Below the pieces are notes generated by a model. The model searched no databases and was not told where the DNA came from. It saw only the letters and a program-made list of their open reading frames with translations. The position numbers and the translations under genes were made by a program. A stretch of DNA of 64,000 nt, taken from the NCBI GenBank assembly GCA_024679065.1, contig JAGIQG010000006.1:8308001-8372000 (forward strand). Direction: 5' to 3'. Origin of the DNA: Sphyrna mokarran. Its lineage: Eukaryota. This document shows, in pieces, positions 24,601 through 36,824 of the stretch (the stretch's first letter is position 1; every line of letters begins with the position of its first letter).

Positions 24601-27494
24601 GAAAAGGGTGAAACTTGTAAATGTTGATGTTCAGGGGACTTGGGAGTGCTCAGGATGGGAACACAGAAAGTTAGTATACAGGTCCACCAGCAATTAGGAA
24701 GGAAACTGACATGTTAGTCTTTACTGTAAGAGGATTGGGGTAGCAGAATAACAAAGTCTTGCAACAATGGGTGGGATTGCATCTAGAATATTTACAATTG
24801 TATTTTCCATATTTAGGAAGGATAAACTTATATAGGAGGCAGTAGCGTGAATGTTCACTAAATTTTTCCCTGGGTTGAGATTGTTGTGCTGTGGTATATA
24901 GAACATAGAGACTGAATAAACCAGCTCACTATTCTCTGGAGTTTTAAAGAGTAACAGGTTACCTCATCAATTGCTAGAAGATTGTGAAAGACGTTGAAAG
25001 GGTGAACGCTGAGAGATTGTTTCCCCTGACTGGGGGATTATTGTCTCACAGCGCCAGCAACCAAGGTTCAATTCTGGCCTCGGGTCACTGTCTGTGTGGA
25101 AGCTGTATGTTCTTCCCATGTCAGTGTGGATTTCCTCTGGGTGCTCCGGTTTTCTCCCACAATCCAAAGATGTGCAGGTTAGGTTGATTGGCCATAATAA
25201 ATTGCCTCTTAGTGTCAGGGAAAAAATACAGGATAAATGAAGGTTACGGAGATAGAACCTGAGTGGGATTGTGGTCAGTACAGACTTGATGGGCTGAATG
25301 GTCTCCTTCGGTACGTACGGATTCTATGATTCAACAAGGATAAAGGGCTGACTATTTTGGACAGAGATGAGGAGAAATTTGTTCGCTAAAGTGTCGTGAT
25401 TCTATGGGAATCTTTATGCCAGAGGGTTATAACTGCTCCTGAGCTGAATAAAGTTAACTCTTGGATAGATAGATTTTTGGTCCCTCGGGGATTAAGAAGA
25501 TTATTTCTTTTATTTATTATGTCACAAGCAGGCTTACATTAACACAACAATGAAGTAACTGAATTACTGTGAAAATCCCTAATCGCCACACTCCGGCGCA
25601 TTTTTGGGCACAATGAGGGAGAATTTAGCTAATGCACCTAATTAGCACATCTTCTACACTGAGGGACAATTTAGCATGGCTAATGCACCTAGCCAGCACG
25701 TCTTCAGACTGTGGGAGGAAACCGGAGCACCACAGACACAGGGAAAGTGTGCAGACTGTGCACATACAGTGACCCAAGCTGGGAATCAAACCCAGGTTGT
25801 TGGTGCTGTGAGGCAGCAGTGCTAACCACTGTGCCATCATATTACCCCATGGAAGTGTGTACTGCAGTCTAACTAGAGTGTGAAACAGTTTGTAATGTCA
25901 CTACCTGATAAGAAATAAGCCGGGGAAAGCCATTCAGCCCTTCAAGCCTGCTCCACCATTCATTAAGATCATGGCTGATCTGATTGTGCTCTTAACTTCA
26001 TTTTCCTGCCTGTTCCCACACCTTTGACTTGTAGGTTAAAAATCTGAATAAGCCTTGGCTACATTCAATGATTCAGCATCCACTGCTGTCTGGGGAGGTG
26101 AATTCTACAAACAAATGACCCTCGGAGAGAAGAAGTTCCTGCGCATCTCCATCTTAAACTGGAGACCCTTATTCTGAAACTCTGGCCCCTCATTCAAGAT
26201 GTGGGAAAAAACTTCCTCTCAGCATCTATAAGTCAGGCTCACACAGATTCTAATATGTTTCAAGAAGATCATCTTTCAATCTTCTAAACCCCAAAGTTAT
26301 CGACACAATCTGTTCGACCTTTCCCCAAAAGACCAACTGCTGAACCCCAGAATCAGCCCAGTGAATCTTTCTGGCACTTTCTTTGCGTCTGGAGTCACAT
26401 GTAGGCCAGGCTGGGTAAGGATGGCAGATTTCCTTCTCTAAAGGATATGAGTGAATCAGATGGGTTTTTACGTTAATTGATCTAGTCATCACTTGAGTTT
26501 TATTTCCAGATTTTTATTTAAAAAGGGTGCAACTTGTAAATGTTGATGTTCATGGACTTGGGGGTGCTCACATTGGGAACACAGAAAGTTAGTGTAAGAC
26601 CCACAAGCATTTCCTTTATTCATCAGAGACCAAAGTCTCTGACAGTGCGAGGGTAACTTCTCTCTTTCCATACTCTATATATCGACTAATAACACGAAAG
26701 TTTCCCATATACCTTCGCAATGATCTTATACCCCGGGCGATCTGATTTATCCTCTCATTGTAGTATCTTATGTTTGAGGGTTTTCATTTACTGCATTGTA
26801 AAATGTTCTTATTTGCAAAGGAAGCTAAAGCAAATACACAAATCTAACAACACTCATCCTTAACAATTCTTCTGACAGAACAGCCCCTGATCCAACATCA
26901 GTATAAAATTCAGCACAATATACAGTAAGATATTTAGTGTGAAAGCATTATATTCAGTGTCATATTGAGTATAATATTCAGCAATTGTCCATGTGTATTC
27001 TATATAATATTCAGAATACAATTCAATATACATTCAGGAACTGTAAAGTCATAATCGGCCACATGACCAGAGGCTGCTCTACCCTTTGAGTGGGAGAGCA
27101 GCCTGGTGATGATTTAACCTGAGGATCATTACATCTCAGCTGAGGGGCAAGGTTGAGAAGGCAGCGCCTTCATGAATAACCCCCGCGGGTACAGGAATTG
27201 AACCCACACTGTTGGCATAACTCACCAGATGGCCATCCAACTGAGCTGAACCAACCCACAGTAGCTTTGTTGGTATAATATTCCATATAATATGAAGTTT
27301 TATATTCAGCATAATATTCCATATAACACTGACAAGTCACTGTCCCTTCTCACTTGCGGTGAGCCAGTTTTTTTTGACACTCTAAATTATTTTACTGAAA
27401 TAGTATAGCAGAGGGAAAATGAGTTCATTCTTTAAAAATACATACATTTTGCTGAGCTGGTCAGTGTGAGTGTACACAGCACGATCCACAGCAT
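9557..27494 (-). CDS. Gene A: Siglec-15-like inhibitory Ig receptor (leader-V1-V2-C2/TM-tail x3), multi-exon, 3' end likely incomplete
   Basis: Exons 27494-27446, 23106-22720, 17745-17380, 15021-14647, 12117-12049, 10907-10839, 9625-9557 all have AG/GT boundaries, all phase 1, and join into one open frame of ~461 aa. Confidence 0.88.
10839..10907 (-). CDS. Gene A cytoplasmic exon 2 (69 nt): (D)PQGVGEIPVYSAIGPASQQAET, YxxI motif
   Basis: tttctgtatctttgacag| acceptor, |gtatag donor, phase 1-1; paralogous to 12049-12117. Confidence 0.78.
11190..11540 (+). mobile_element. Old SINE of a second family with a LINE-derived tail (related fragments at ~24450-24600, 26385-26520 and their duplicates)
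   Basis: aaaacccatctggtt...gaaggaaatctg...ctggtctacatgtgactccaga core recurs in the window; tail caagggcaactagggatgggcaacaaatgc shared with LINE 3' ends at ~10390-10420 and ~27740-27790. Confidence 0.65.
11722..11990 (-). mobile_element. HE1/V-SINE-type SINE
   Basis: ggactgtgggaa...gaggaaacccacgcagaca core and CR1-like 3' tail (atagaat)n. Confidence 0.82.
12049..12117 (-). CDS. Gene A cytoplasmic exon 1 (69 nt): (D)PRGVGGIPVNSAVNPASQQAET, Tyr replaced by Asn
   Basis: tttccatatctttgacag| acceptor, |gtatag donor, phase 1-1. Confidence 0.78.
12815..13072 (+). mobile_element. HE1/V-SINE-type SINE
   Basis: tRNA-like head gtggcacaacggttagcactgctgcctcacagcgccagggacctgggttcaattcc; tail ttctatgattc. 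Confidence 0.82.
13405..13708 (-). mobile_element. HE1/V-SINE-type SINE with alternative 3' tail
   Basis: tRNA head at 13650-13705, V core, tail ...gtgacactaataaataaacttt; same type at ~18230-18490 (+) and ~25505-25840 (-) and their duplicates. Confidence 0.82.
14647..15021 (-). CDS. Gene A C2-set Ig plus transmembrane exon (uncharged TM YIVPPLFIISFLLFGFVIWVL, then KR)
   Basis: IVC...ITW...GTYNC Ig motifs; acceptor ttttcctttcccaag| (alternative cag| at 15015), donor |gtgagc; 375 nt. Confidence 0.92.
16215..17165. repeat. GC-rich interspersed element in the V2-C2 intron, unclassified (copies at ~39965-40915 and 63615-64000)
   Basis: C-rich, low-complexity sequence producing spurious Pro/Gly ORFs; present in all three gene copies. 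Confidence 0.5.
17380..17745 (-). CDS. Gene A second V-set Ig exon (V2; YFCHVH, no essential Arg)
   Basis: VTLSCTF...VLW...GNASLRMRNLQLNDTNDYFC; tccttactccctcag| and |gtaaga; 366 nt. Confidence 0.92.
20114..22160 (+). mobile_element. CR1 LINE insertion specific to unit 1 (intron V1-V2 of gene A), with V-SINE core in its 3' UTR
   Basis: RT ORFs 20135-20674, 20640-21089, 21068-21673; empty site caggaagatgtccc at 43860-43873 in unit 2; short aaga target duplication and A-tract 3' end. Confidence 0.94.
22720..23106 (-). CDS. Gene A N-terminal V-set Ig exon (V1), Siglec-15-like, essential Arg in YFCRME
   Basis: WSM..P..V, VLFCKFTHPH..YNG, LGNPRKN, YFCRME, Y...HG match motifs recalled from the Siglec-15 V domain; tttgtgttttccag| and |gtgagg; 387 nt. 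Confidence 0.92.
23838..24163 (-). mobile_element. CR1 3' fragment (duplicate at ~45538-45850)
   Basis: TRRHNFKLRGGSYRTDVRGRSFTQRVV; (ATAGAAC)n tail is longer in unit 1. Confidence 0.88.
25045..25332 (+). mobile_element. HE1/V-SINE-type SINE (duplicate ~46732-47020)
   Basis: ctcacagcgcc...ggttcaattc head, V core, attctatgattc tail. Confidence 0.8.
27060..27260 (-). mobile_element. tRNA-derived SINE of a third family (related copy ~31235-31420; duplicates in unit 2)
   Basis: Minus-strand head agctcagttgg...ggttcaattcc (A/B boxes); core gatttaacctgagg..cacctcag..gagggg shared between copies. Confidence 0.7.
27446..27494 (-). CDS. Gene A signal-peptide exon MLWIVLCTLTLTSSAK
   Basis: ATG with purine at -3, hydrophobic core, 49 nt, |gtatgt donor, phase 1 in frame with V1. 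Confidence 0.88.
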
Positions 27495-27559
27495 TCTCTT
27501 CACTCCTGCAGTACACAGAGCTCTCTGAAGGCTCAGCACCCACTCGACGGGTCTAATAT

Positions 27560-27666
27560 CATTGCTCACTATCTGATCTTGTTGCTTCCTTCAGTAAACT
27601 TGGTGTTAAACAAAAATACTGCTGAAATTTTGCAAGAATGCTGACCAGTTTAAAACGGGGAAGTGC
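27560..27666 (-). promoter_or_regulatory. Putative TATA-less myeloid-type promoter of gene A (PU.1/Ets, C/EBP-like, GATA motifs)
   Basis: GGGGAAGTG at 27657-27665, TTGCAAAA (- strand) ~27628-27635, GGAAG ~27585-27589, AGATAG ~27569-27574; motif matches only. Confidence 0.35.
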
Positions 27667-27704
27667 ATTCTAAGATGAATTCAAAAACTGGATTCGAAAT
27701 TTGT

Positions 27705-29720
27705 TCTTTCACAGGATGTGGGTGGTGGTCATTGCTGGCTAGGTTAGCATCAATTTCCCATGTATAATTGCCTTTCCAATGTGTTCATGAGCTGCCTTCT
27801 TGAAACGCTGCAGTCCAGGTGGTGCAGGTACACCCACAGTGCAGTTAGGAAAGGAGTTCCGGGATTTTGACCCAGCAACAGTGAGTGAACAGTGACATAT
27901 TTCCAAGTTAGGTTGAGTGTAGTTGGGAGGGGAACTTGTAGAGAGTGGGTGTTCCCATGGCTTCCCTTGGCCATCTAAGTGGAGGGGTTGTGGGTTCGGA
28001 AAATACGCTCGAAGGAGTTTTGGTGAGTTGCTGCAATGCCTTGTGGAAATGGTACACATGGCTAACAGTGTGCGTCAGCAGTGGGGACAGTCAATAGTTA
28101 AAGTGATGGATGGGATGTCAGTTAATTGGGCTGCTTTGTCCTGGATGAAGTCAGGCTTCTTGAGTGTTGTTAGAGTTGCACTCATCCCAGAAAATGGAGA
28201 GTATCTCATTACATTCCTGACTTGTGCTTTATCGATGGTGGAACAAAAGAACAAAGAATATTACAGCACAGGAACAGGCCCTTCGGCCCACCAAGCCTGT
28301 ACTGACCATGCTGCCCGACTGAACTAAAACCCACTGCGCTTCCAGGGAACATATCCCTCTATTCCCATCTCATTCATGTACTTGTCCAGATGCACCCTAA
28401 AAGTCACTAAGTTATCCCCTTTCACGATCTCCCCTGGCAATGACTTCCAGGCATTCACCATTCTCTCTGTCAAAAATCTGCCTTGTACATGACTTTTAAA
28501 ATTTGCCCATCCCACCTTAAACCTGTGCCCCTTTGTAACTGACTCTTCCACACTGGGAAAAAGCTTCTGACTATCCACTCTGTCCATGACTCTCATAATC
28601 TTGGAGACTCCTATCAGGTCTCCCCTCAACTTCCATCGCACCAGTGAGAACAAACCAAGTTTCTCCAACTTCTCTTATAGCAAATGCCCTCCATACCAGG
28701 TGATATCTGGTAAATCTTTTCTGTACCCTCTCCAAAGCCTCCACATCCTTCTGGTAATGTGACGACCAGAATTGAACACTATATTCCAAGTGCAGTCTCA
28801 CTAAGGTACTACAAAGTGTCCACATGACTTGCCAATTTTTGAACTCAATACCCTGGCCGATGAAGGCAAGCATGCCGTATGCCTCCTTGGAACGGTTCCA
28901 AGGAGTCAGGAGGTGAGTGACTCACAGCAGAATTCCCAGTCTCCAACCTGCTTTGTAACCACAGTCTTTATGTGGTTAGTCCAGTTCAATTTCTGGTCAA
29001 TGGTAAGACTCAGGGTGTTGATAGTGGGGGATTGAGAAATGCTAATGCAGCTGAATGTCAAGGGGAGATGGTCGGATTCCCCTGATTCCCAGTTTGTAAG
29101 GGCTGCCTCGTGCCATACTCGATCCAATGCTGCCTTGATGTGAAGGACAGTTAATCTCACCTCATCATTTCAGCTCAGCTCTTTTGTCCATGTTTGAACA
29201 AAGGCTGTAATGAGGTCAGGAGCTGAGTGACTTTGGCAGAACACAAACTGGGCCTCACTGAGCAGGTTATTGCTGAGCAGGTGCTGCTTGATAGCGCTGT
29301 CGATGACCCCTTCCATCACTTTTCTGATGATCGAGAGTAGATTGATTGAGCAGTAATTGGCCAAGTTGGATTTGTCCTGCTTTTTGTGCACAGGTTATAT
29401 CTGGGCAATTTTCCACATTGCTGGGTAGTTGTCAGTGTTGTAGCTGTATTGGAACAGTTTGACGAGGGGAGTGGAAAGTTTTAGAGCACAAGTTTTCAGA
29501 ACTACTATCAGAATGATATCAGGGTCCATTGCCTTTGCAGTATCCAGTGCCTTCAGCCATTTCCTGTTATCACCTGGAGTGAATCCAACTGGCTGGAGAC
29601 TGGCACCTTTGATGCTGGTGATAATTGGATGTTCTGGCTGAAGACTGTGGTGAATCCTTCAGCCTAATCTTCTGTATTGATACACTGGGCTCCTCCATCA
29701 CTGAGCATAGGGATATTTGT
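27705..29720 (-). mobile_element. Degenerate LINE of a second CR1/L2-like family with a nested CR1 at ~28243-28889 (duplicate ~49390-51410)
   Basis: KKQDKSNLANYCSINLLSIIRKVME...QFVFCQSHSAPDL and TIDQKLNWTNHI RT fragments; nested HER1-type 3' fragment with (acaaaga)n tail. Confidence 0.82.
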
Positions 29721-30629
29721 GGAGCCAGCTTGGTCTGTGGTGGTACGACTGAGCTACTCTTGGTGATAGGCATTGGAGTCCTGACCCAGAGTGCTCAGAT
29801 GTTCAGCTGCTGGTTTGGAGGATACTTATGGATTGACGTTTTCCAACATTCACTAATCGGTCAAACACAAGTGAAAATGAAGGACAAAATGACAGAGTGA
29901 CTTGTGTTTCACTGAGTTTAATCTGTTTGTAAAGATTATTCTCCATGAAGTTTTCAAACTGAAACTTGTAAATGCTACTGCAGACATTTAAAATTAGAAA
30001 TATATGATCTGAAAAACATGGGTAATTTATTAATACTTCTACCAAACACACTCCCTGTGCTGGTACATGTGTTTACAGTAGTCTCAAATGGACAAAATAT
30101 ACAGTGCAATTTTTAAAATGCATTTTCTTTTGAGATGTGGCTGTCACTGGTTAGGCCAGCATTCATGGCCTTTCTCAAGTTGACCTTGAGAAGGTTGTCC
30201 CTATGGTGTTGGTATGCTTATCGTAATTAAATCAGATATAGCTCTTGGCGCTGATGGGACCAGGATATTGTATTTGATGATCCACTATGATCAAGATGAA
30301 TGGCAGTGCAAACTTGAAGGGCCGAATGTCCTGCTCCTGCTTCTAATGGCTGTGTCAAAATAAGGGAAGCAGATTAAGACTGAGTTGAGCAGGAATTTCT
30401 TCACATGAAGGATTGTGGAATTCCCTGCCCAGTGAAGCAGTTGAGGCTACCTCATTGAATGTTTTTAAGGCAAGGAAAGATAAATCTTTGAACAGTAAAG
30501 GAATTAAGGGTTATGATGAGCGGGCAGATGAGTGGAGCTGAACCCACAAAAAGATCAGCCATGATTTTATTGAATGGCAGAGCAGGCTCGAGGGCGAGAT
30601 GGCCCACTCCTGTTCCTAGTTCTGATCTT

Positions 30630-31590
30630 ATGAATTAGGAACAGTTCAGAATTCAGCAAATGATGAACAAGAGATTGATTCAGGGGTGAAAAACAGAGTA
30701 AGAGAATAAACTTACAAGTAACATAAAAGACAACTGTAAAAGCTTCTGTAAGGATGTAAAAAGAAAAAAGATCAATGAAGATAAATGTAGGTGCCTTACA
30801 GTGTGAAAGGAGAGAGTTTATAATAGAGAACAAAGACATGGCAGAGTGATTAAACAATTACTTTAGTTCTGTCTTCATGAGGAAGAAACAAATAAATTCA
30901 CAAAAATATTCAAGAACTAAGGATCTTGTGAGAGGGAGGAATTGATGGAAATTGATATTGCTAAAAAAATGCTAGGGAAATTGATTTGTCTGAAAGCTGA
31001 AGAATCCCCAGAGCCTGATAACCGACATCCCAGGATATTAAATAGTGGATACGTGAGTTATCTTCCAAAACTCTGTATATCCTGGAACAGTCTCAGCAGA
31101 TTAGGCAGGTGGCAAATCTAATCCCACTATTTAAAAAAAGGAGTGAGGAAGAAAACAGGGAATTACAGACCAGTTAACCTCACATCATGTGAGAGAAAAT
31201 GCTGGACTCTATTGAAACCGTTCCCATATTCCAAGGTGGCCACAGGCTGCTCCTCTCTTTGAGGGGGAGAGCTGATTGGTTGTTATTTAACCTGAAGGTC
31301 AGCACACCTCAGCGAGGGGTGAGGTTGGAGGGTTCATGAATAGCTCAGCTGGTACAGGAATTAAACCCAAGCTGCCAGCATCACTCAGCAGCCATTCGGC
31401 CAACCGAGCGAACCAACTCTCTTATTAAAGCTCTGCTAACAAGACATTCAGAAAACATCAATGGGATTAGACAAAAGCAACGTGGATTTATAAAAGGGAA
31501 ATCATGTTTGATAAATCCTGTGGAATTTCTTTGAGGATGTAACTAGCAGAATAGATAAGGGAGAAAGAATTTATTTGAGTTTCTGAAAGC
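30630..31590 (+). mobile_element. Old degenerate CR1 fragment (duplicate ~52330-53280)
   Basis: Relic motifs ...gggaattacagaccagttaacct (GNYRPV), tggatttataaaagggaaatcatgtttg (GF.KG.SCL). Confidence 0.72.
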
Positions 31591-32069
31591 TTTTGTGGGC
31601 AGTACAGTGACATAGTGGTCAGCATTGCTGCCTCACAGCGCCACACTGAGGTCTGCACTCCTGAACAGTTACTTCATTCATTTGTTTCCCTGCTTCTCCC
31701 ACCAGCACCCCACACCACCCCCAGCTCCACCCCAGGCTGGACACCATGTTGCCTTCTCTGTGAAGAACTCAGCACACCCTGGATCCTTCAGCCTCATCAC
31801 ACTCTTCCTCCCACCTCATGAGCCCTGCACCAGGTTCAATTCCCAGCTTGGGTCACTGATTGTGTGGAATCTGCACATTCTCCCTGTGTCCCAGGTTTCC
31901 TTCGGCTGCTCTGGTTTCCTCCCGCAGTCCAAAGATGTGTGAATTAAGTGGTTTGACCATGTTGCACTGCCCCTTTTTATCTGTTAGTAAGAGATTTTGG
32001 CAGCATAAAATAAGTGTGGTGAAAAGAACAGGATATGGGGGTGGGGAGTGGGGGGGTCATTACAGCACT

Positions 32070-34310
32070 GAAGGAGCACAGTCTCCTGCAGCAACAAGCA
32101 GTGACACCCAGGGAACACCCAGCGCCAGGAGACCGATGGGCCTGCAGGGCCAGAGGCCACAGCAGCCGAACAGAGGGCTCGCAGTCAAGGATGGAAACCG
32201 AGGTCACGGGTACACTTTATATGGGAGCATTGGACTGCGTTCATTTCAACTGGAGCAGGCGCAGCAGGATGGAGGGCTGCTGAAGTCCTCACAAAGCTAT
32301 CTGCCACGTGTCACTCTACACGCTCCTCACCATCAGGGAGCCCCCTTCATCAACACGAAAGTGTTCCATTCCAGCTGATGTGTGACCACCAGATGAAGAG
32401 GTTCATACACGTGTGTGCACATTTTCCAGGGAGTGTGAATAACAGCTACATCCTTGGCCAATCACAAATCCCTGGAATTTCTGAGGGTCACTCAAGCTGC
32501 AATGATGCCTCGTTGGGGATAAGGGATACCGCTGAGATCTTATCTGATGATGCCAGTGCAGAGGCCTGAGATTGAAGCAGAGGCCCACTACAGCGAGGGT
32601 ACTGTGCCACTCAGTCTGTGATAGAACAGGGCGTTACCCTCCTCAATATGTGCTTCTGCTGCCTCGACAGATTCGATAGAGAACTGCAATACAATCCCCT
32701 GAGGATCTCTCAGATCATGGCGGTTGCTAGTACCTTATGTGTACCTTTTACACATTTAACTAGTTGCAATATTGGGGTGTTTCCTAGGCTGCTGTTCAGT
32801 TTCAGTTTCTGCCTGCACAGAGAGCAGCTTTTCAATAAATCTGTTGTGTGTTACTCTGAATCTACACATGCCAAACACATCTTTTCTTTGTGTTTAAAAC
32901 CTATACCCCTTAACAGAGTTAGGACATTACAATTGCTTGGCACTGCACTGGATCAACAACCTTACTGATGATGACCTTGAGTTTTTTGTAGGGGTAACCA
33001 AGAAAGTAAATAGAGGCAGTGCATTTGATGTTGTCTACATGGACTTTAGCAAGGCTTATGACAAGATACCGCATGGTAGGTTGTTGCATAAAGTTAAATC
33101 TCACAGCATCCAAAGTGAGGTAGCCAATTGGATACAAAATTTGTTTGATGACAGAAGACAGAGGGTGGTTGTAAAGGATTGTTTTTCAAACTGGAGACCT
33201 GTGATCATCGGAATCAGTGCTGGATCTACTGTTATTTGTTATTTATATTAATGATTTGGATGAGAATATAGGAGGCATGGTTAGTAAGTTTGCAGATGAC
33301 ACCAAGATTAGTTGAATTGTGGAAGTGAAGAAAGTTATCTTGGATTGCAATGGGATGTTGATTAATTGGGCCAGTGAGCTGATGAATGGCAGATGGAGGT
33401 TAATTTAGATAAATGTGAGGTACTTGGTCGATCGAATGGGGCAGGACCTATTCTGTTAATGGGGAGAGTTACAGAACAAAGAGATCTCGGAGTTCAGGTT
33501 CATAACTCATTGAAAGTGGAATCACAGGTGGACAGAGAGGTGAAGAAGGCATTCAGCATGCTTGGTTTCATCGGTCAGAAAATTGAATACAGGAGCTGGG
33601 ATGGAAGTTGTACAGGACATTGGTAAGGCCATGCTTGGAATACTGTGTACAGTTCTGGTTATCCTACTTTTGAAGGAATATTGTTAAACTAGACAGAGTG
33701 CTGAAAAGATTCACTAGGATGCTTGCGGGACTTGGTCGTTTGAGTTACAAGGAAAGGCTGAATGGACAGGGGCATCTTTTCCTGGAGATTGAAAGTTGAG
33801 GATGATCTTATATAGAGGTCTATAAAATAATGAGGGACACAGCTCGATAATCAAAACTTTCTCCTCAAAGGTAGGGTAGTCTAAAACTAGAGGGCGTAGG
33901 TTTAAGGTGAGAGGGGAGAGATACAAAAGGATCCAGAGGGGCAATATTTTCACACAGAGGCTGCTGAGTGTCTGCAACAAACTATCAGAGGTAGTAGTAA
34001 AGGTGGGTACAACTTTGTCTTTTCAAAAGCAGTTAGACAGTTATATGGGTAAGATGGGTATGGAAGGATATGGGCTGAATGTGGGCAATTGGGACCAGCT
34101 AAATTGAAGAACTGGGTGGCATAGACAAGTTGGGCCGAAGGGCCTGTTTTCATGCTGTAAATCTCTATGAGCGTTATTTCCTCAGATGGGCAGTCGAGGA
34201 GGGATTGGAGGAAGAGGCCGGAGAGGAGTTGGAGGACGGAGGACAGATAGGGTCAAGGGTTTTCATGGACAGAAGGACTGATGTTCCCTCATTGCTTCCC
34301 ACTTTACTCT
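32070..34310 (+). mobile_element. PIF/Harbinger DDE transposase (HARBI1-like) remnant, interrupted by a CR1 at ~32960-34170
   Basis: FINTKVFHS / CDHQ..FIHVCAHFPGSVNNSYIL / LGDKGY / IEQGVTLLNMCFCCLDR..ELQYNP match Harbinger nuclease motifs; acidic C-terminus resumes after the CR1. Confidence 0.82.
32960..34170 (+). mobile_element. Degenerate 5'-truncated CR1 (duplicate ~54650-55720)
   Basis: [26 protein letters not shown], 3' stem ttgggccgaagggcctg. Confidence 0.88.
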
Positions 34311-36824
34311 TCAGCAATACGGTGTTGGCCAGCAGTTTAACAAGCCCTTCATAACAGTTCTGCCATCGTGGGAGGAGGGACACAGTAAAACTTTGGTCAA
34401 CTGCGTGCTGGGTCTGGGGAGTCCTTGTGCTTGCTGCCGAGTCAGTGCAGGAGGGTGATACTGATTCACAGTATGGAACCGTCTGAGATGCTCCACAGAT
34501 ACTGCTTCTGTCTCTCTGGCTCCCGTTTGTCTGCCTGGCTGGCTCCTGTCTGCCCGTCTGCCTGGCTGGCCGGCTCCAGTTCATTGGCTCTCTGGCTGAT
34601 CTCTGAGCGTGGGTGTGCCCTACATTCCTCTGTCCCCGAGCAATAGAGGGGGATTAGAGGTGAGGGTCTCAGTTTTACTGATTAATCCTTTCAGGAATGA
34701 TGTTATTGTCACTTTGGACCGAACCATTTGCCTGACGTTGAGGGCCTGTGAGAAGAGCTTTGTCCCGATGGGAAGAATCGCTAGCCCATTGGGAGGAGGA
34801 TAAACGAGAGTGAGATTGTAAGGTTGTGGTAACAAGAGCTTTTAATATCGTTACAAGTGCATCTGTGACATTTAATAAAGACCCCTAGCTTTCTGTGCCA
34901 ACCTTGACATGTGCCCATGCTGCTACCCTGCAATTTCTCACCCTTGTGAACCCTCTCACTCTGTCGAGGTGTGTTCCCAGGATACACAGCAAAGGTGGAG
35001 GTGGTCTGCTGCATTCCACACCCTCTTGCTTGAGGTACACTTGAGGGAGGGCTGGGACCTATAGGACACTGGCATATTCTCAGATGGCCAGAGTGTTGCA
35101 GCGGCACCCTGTTCAGCCCCCTGCCTCTGAGGTGCACCGTTATCTGAAATTGGGGAATCAGAAGGGCTGGTCGCTTCCAGCCTTTCCTGAGTGGAATGCC
35201 CCAGGATACACTCCAGGGAATTCCCCTCCCTCTGGGAACTTGACGACACCTGGGTTAATCCATGGGATGGAGGGCAACTGGACTGAGCTCCAGAAGCCTC
35301 AGCATCATCAGATCTACCTGTCCTGAAGACCAATCACTGACTAAACATCAGAGTTCCTTGATCAGGAATCTGACCTCTTGCCTCAGCTTTTTTAACTCTG
35401 GTGCCACTGTTGTAATGTTGGTCTGAGTGCCACCCATTCCTGGCAGCGTGTCCTGCAGCAGAAGGCTCTGGGATTCCTCTGTTTGGCCTTGCAGTGGCAG
35501 AAGTTTTACAGACACCCCTTCCTGGCATTCCTGGCTCTGCCTCCATATCTCCAGCAACTGACAGATGAACATTTCCAGGGATATCTCACTCGGTCTGGGC
35601 ACAGCTGAGTTCTGGGATCGAACAGACCTCTGACTGTCTGATGTGCATCAGAAGCTCTGTGGTGTTCACCAGATAGTGACTCAGAAGCTGCCCGCTAATG
35701 TCACCCACCGGAGTGTGTGTGTCCCTGCGCAGTGGATGGTGTGAATGATAGCTGGGGTGTTTCATCCTGTCTGCATCAACAGTGACAGAGTGGAAATAGT
35801 TGACAGTTTCAAGCTTCAGGGTTTTGGGGAGAGTGGGGTTGGGGGTGGTGAGGAGCGATGTTGTGTCAGACTTGCTAATGATATTGCAATCCAGTTAAAT
35901 TTATGCTAATAGGTTTTGATCAGTCTCTGGGTGTGAAGAAGTTTGTGCTGTTAAAAAGAGGCTGGGATGATCACAAATCATGTCATGATGGGCACAAATC
36001 AAATTTTTAGCATCTCACGCTATTTTCCAAGCTCACCACACTGATGCTGGGTGCAGTGACGTGGTAAAATCACACCCTTAGGAATAGCTGTCATTGGGCC
36101 CAAGTGTAAATATCTGATTCTTTCTTCTCAATAAAACAATTGAGTCTTTCTTTGCTCTTTGGCAATTAAACCACCCAAATTTACTGTACACAGGCTCCAA
36201 CACATGTCACATGATCCTTTTCATATTACATTTAACTGCAGTTCTAAACTGTTATTCCTATTAAAGAAACGATATAGTGTGAAAGCATCACCATCCTGTA
36301 CATTTCACAAATAAAGCACTAAAAAACAAGGCCTGCTGAATCTTTGCTTCTTCCACTCATCAGCACAGACACAAGAATACCAGATTTCAAACAGAACAAC
36401 AACTTATAATGGAGGAGAAGAAGGATTCTCATTGGTTGAAGATTGTGTAAGACATATCTTTAATGGATTGATGATTGACAGTGAAATTTGCTGTATTTAT
36501 GTTTTGCCAATTGTCCGTTGCCACAGTGGGCAGGAAAGATTGTACCCAATGTTTCAAAACATGAGATTTTGTTGGTAATTTCTTCATTTGGCCGTTGTTT
36601 GGTAAAATTAGTTATTTTGGTTTAACTTTGACACATGGGTTTATAAAACAAAATTATTCAGGGCCACTGTAACAATTTGGTTTTTTGGATACAGATCAGC
36701 CAGGCTCTGATTGAAAAAGTGAACAGACCCTAGGGGCTGAATGGCCTCCTCCACAAAAACTCAAAGATTTCACAATATTACCATTAATCCTTCGCAGCAG
36801 TCACATTTTTATTGTGAAACTTAC

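Noticed and set aside
9557-27494. Assigning the symbol SIGLEC15
   Set aside because: Extra V domain, no TM Lys and multiple copies; orthology cannot be established without phylogeny and synteny
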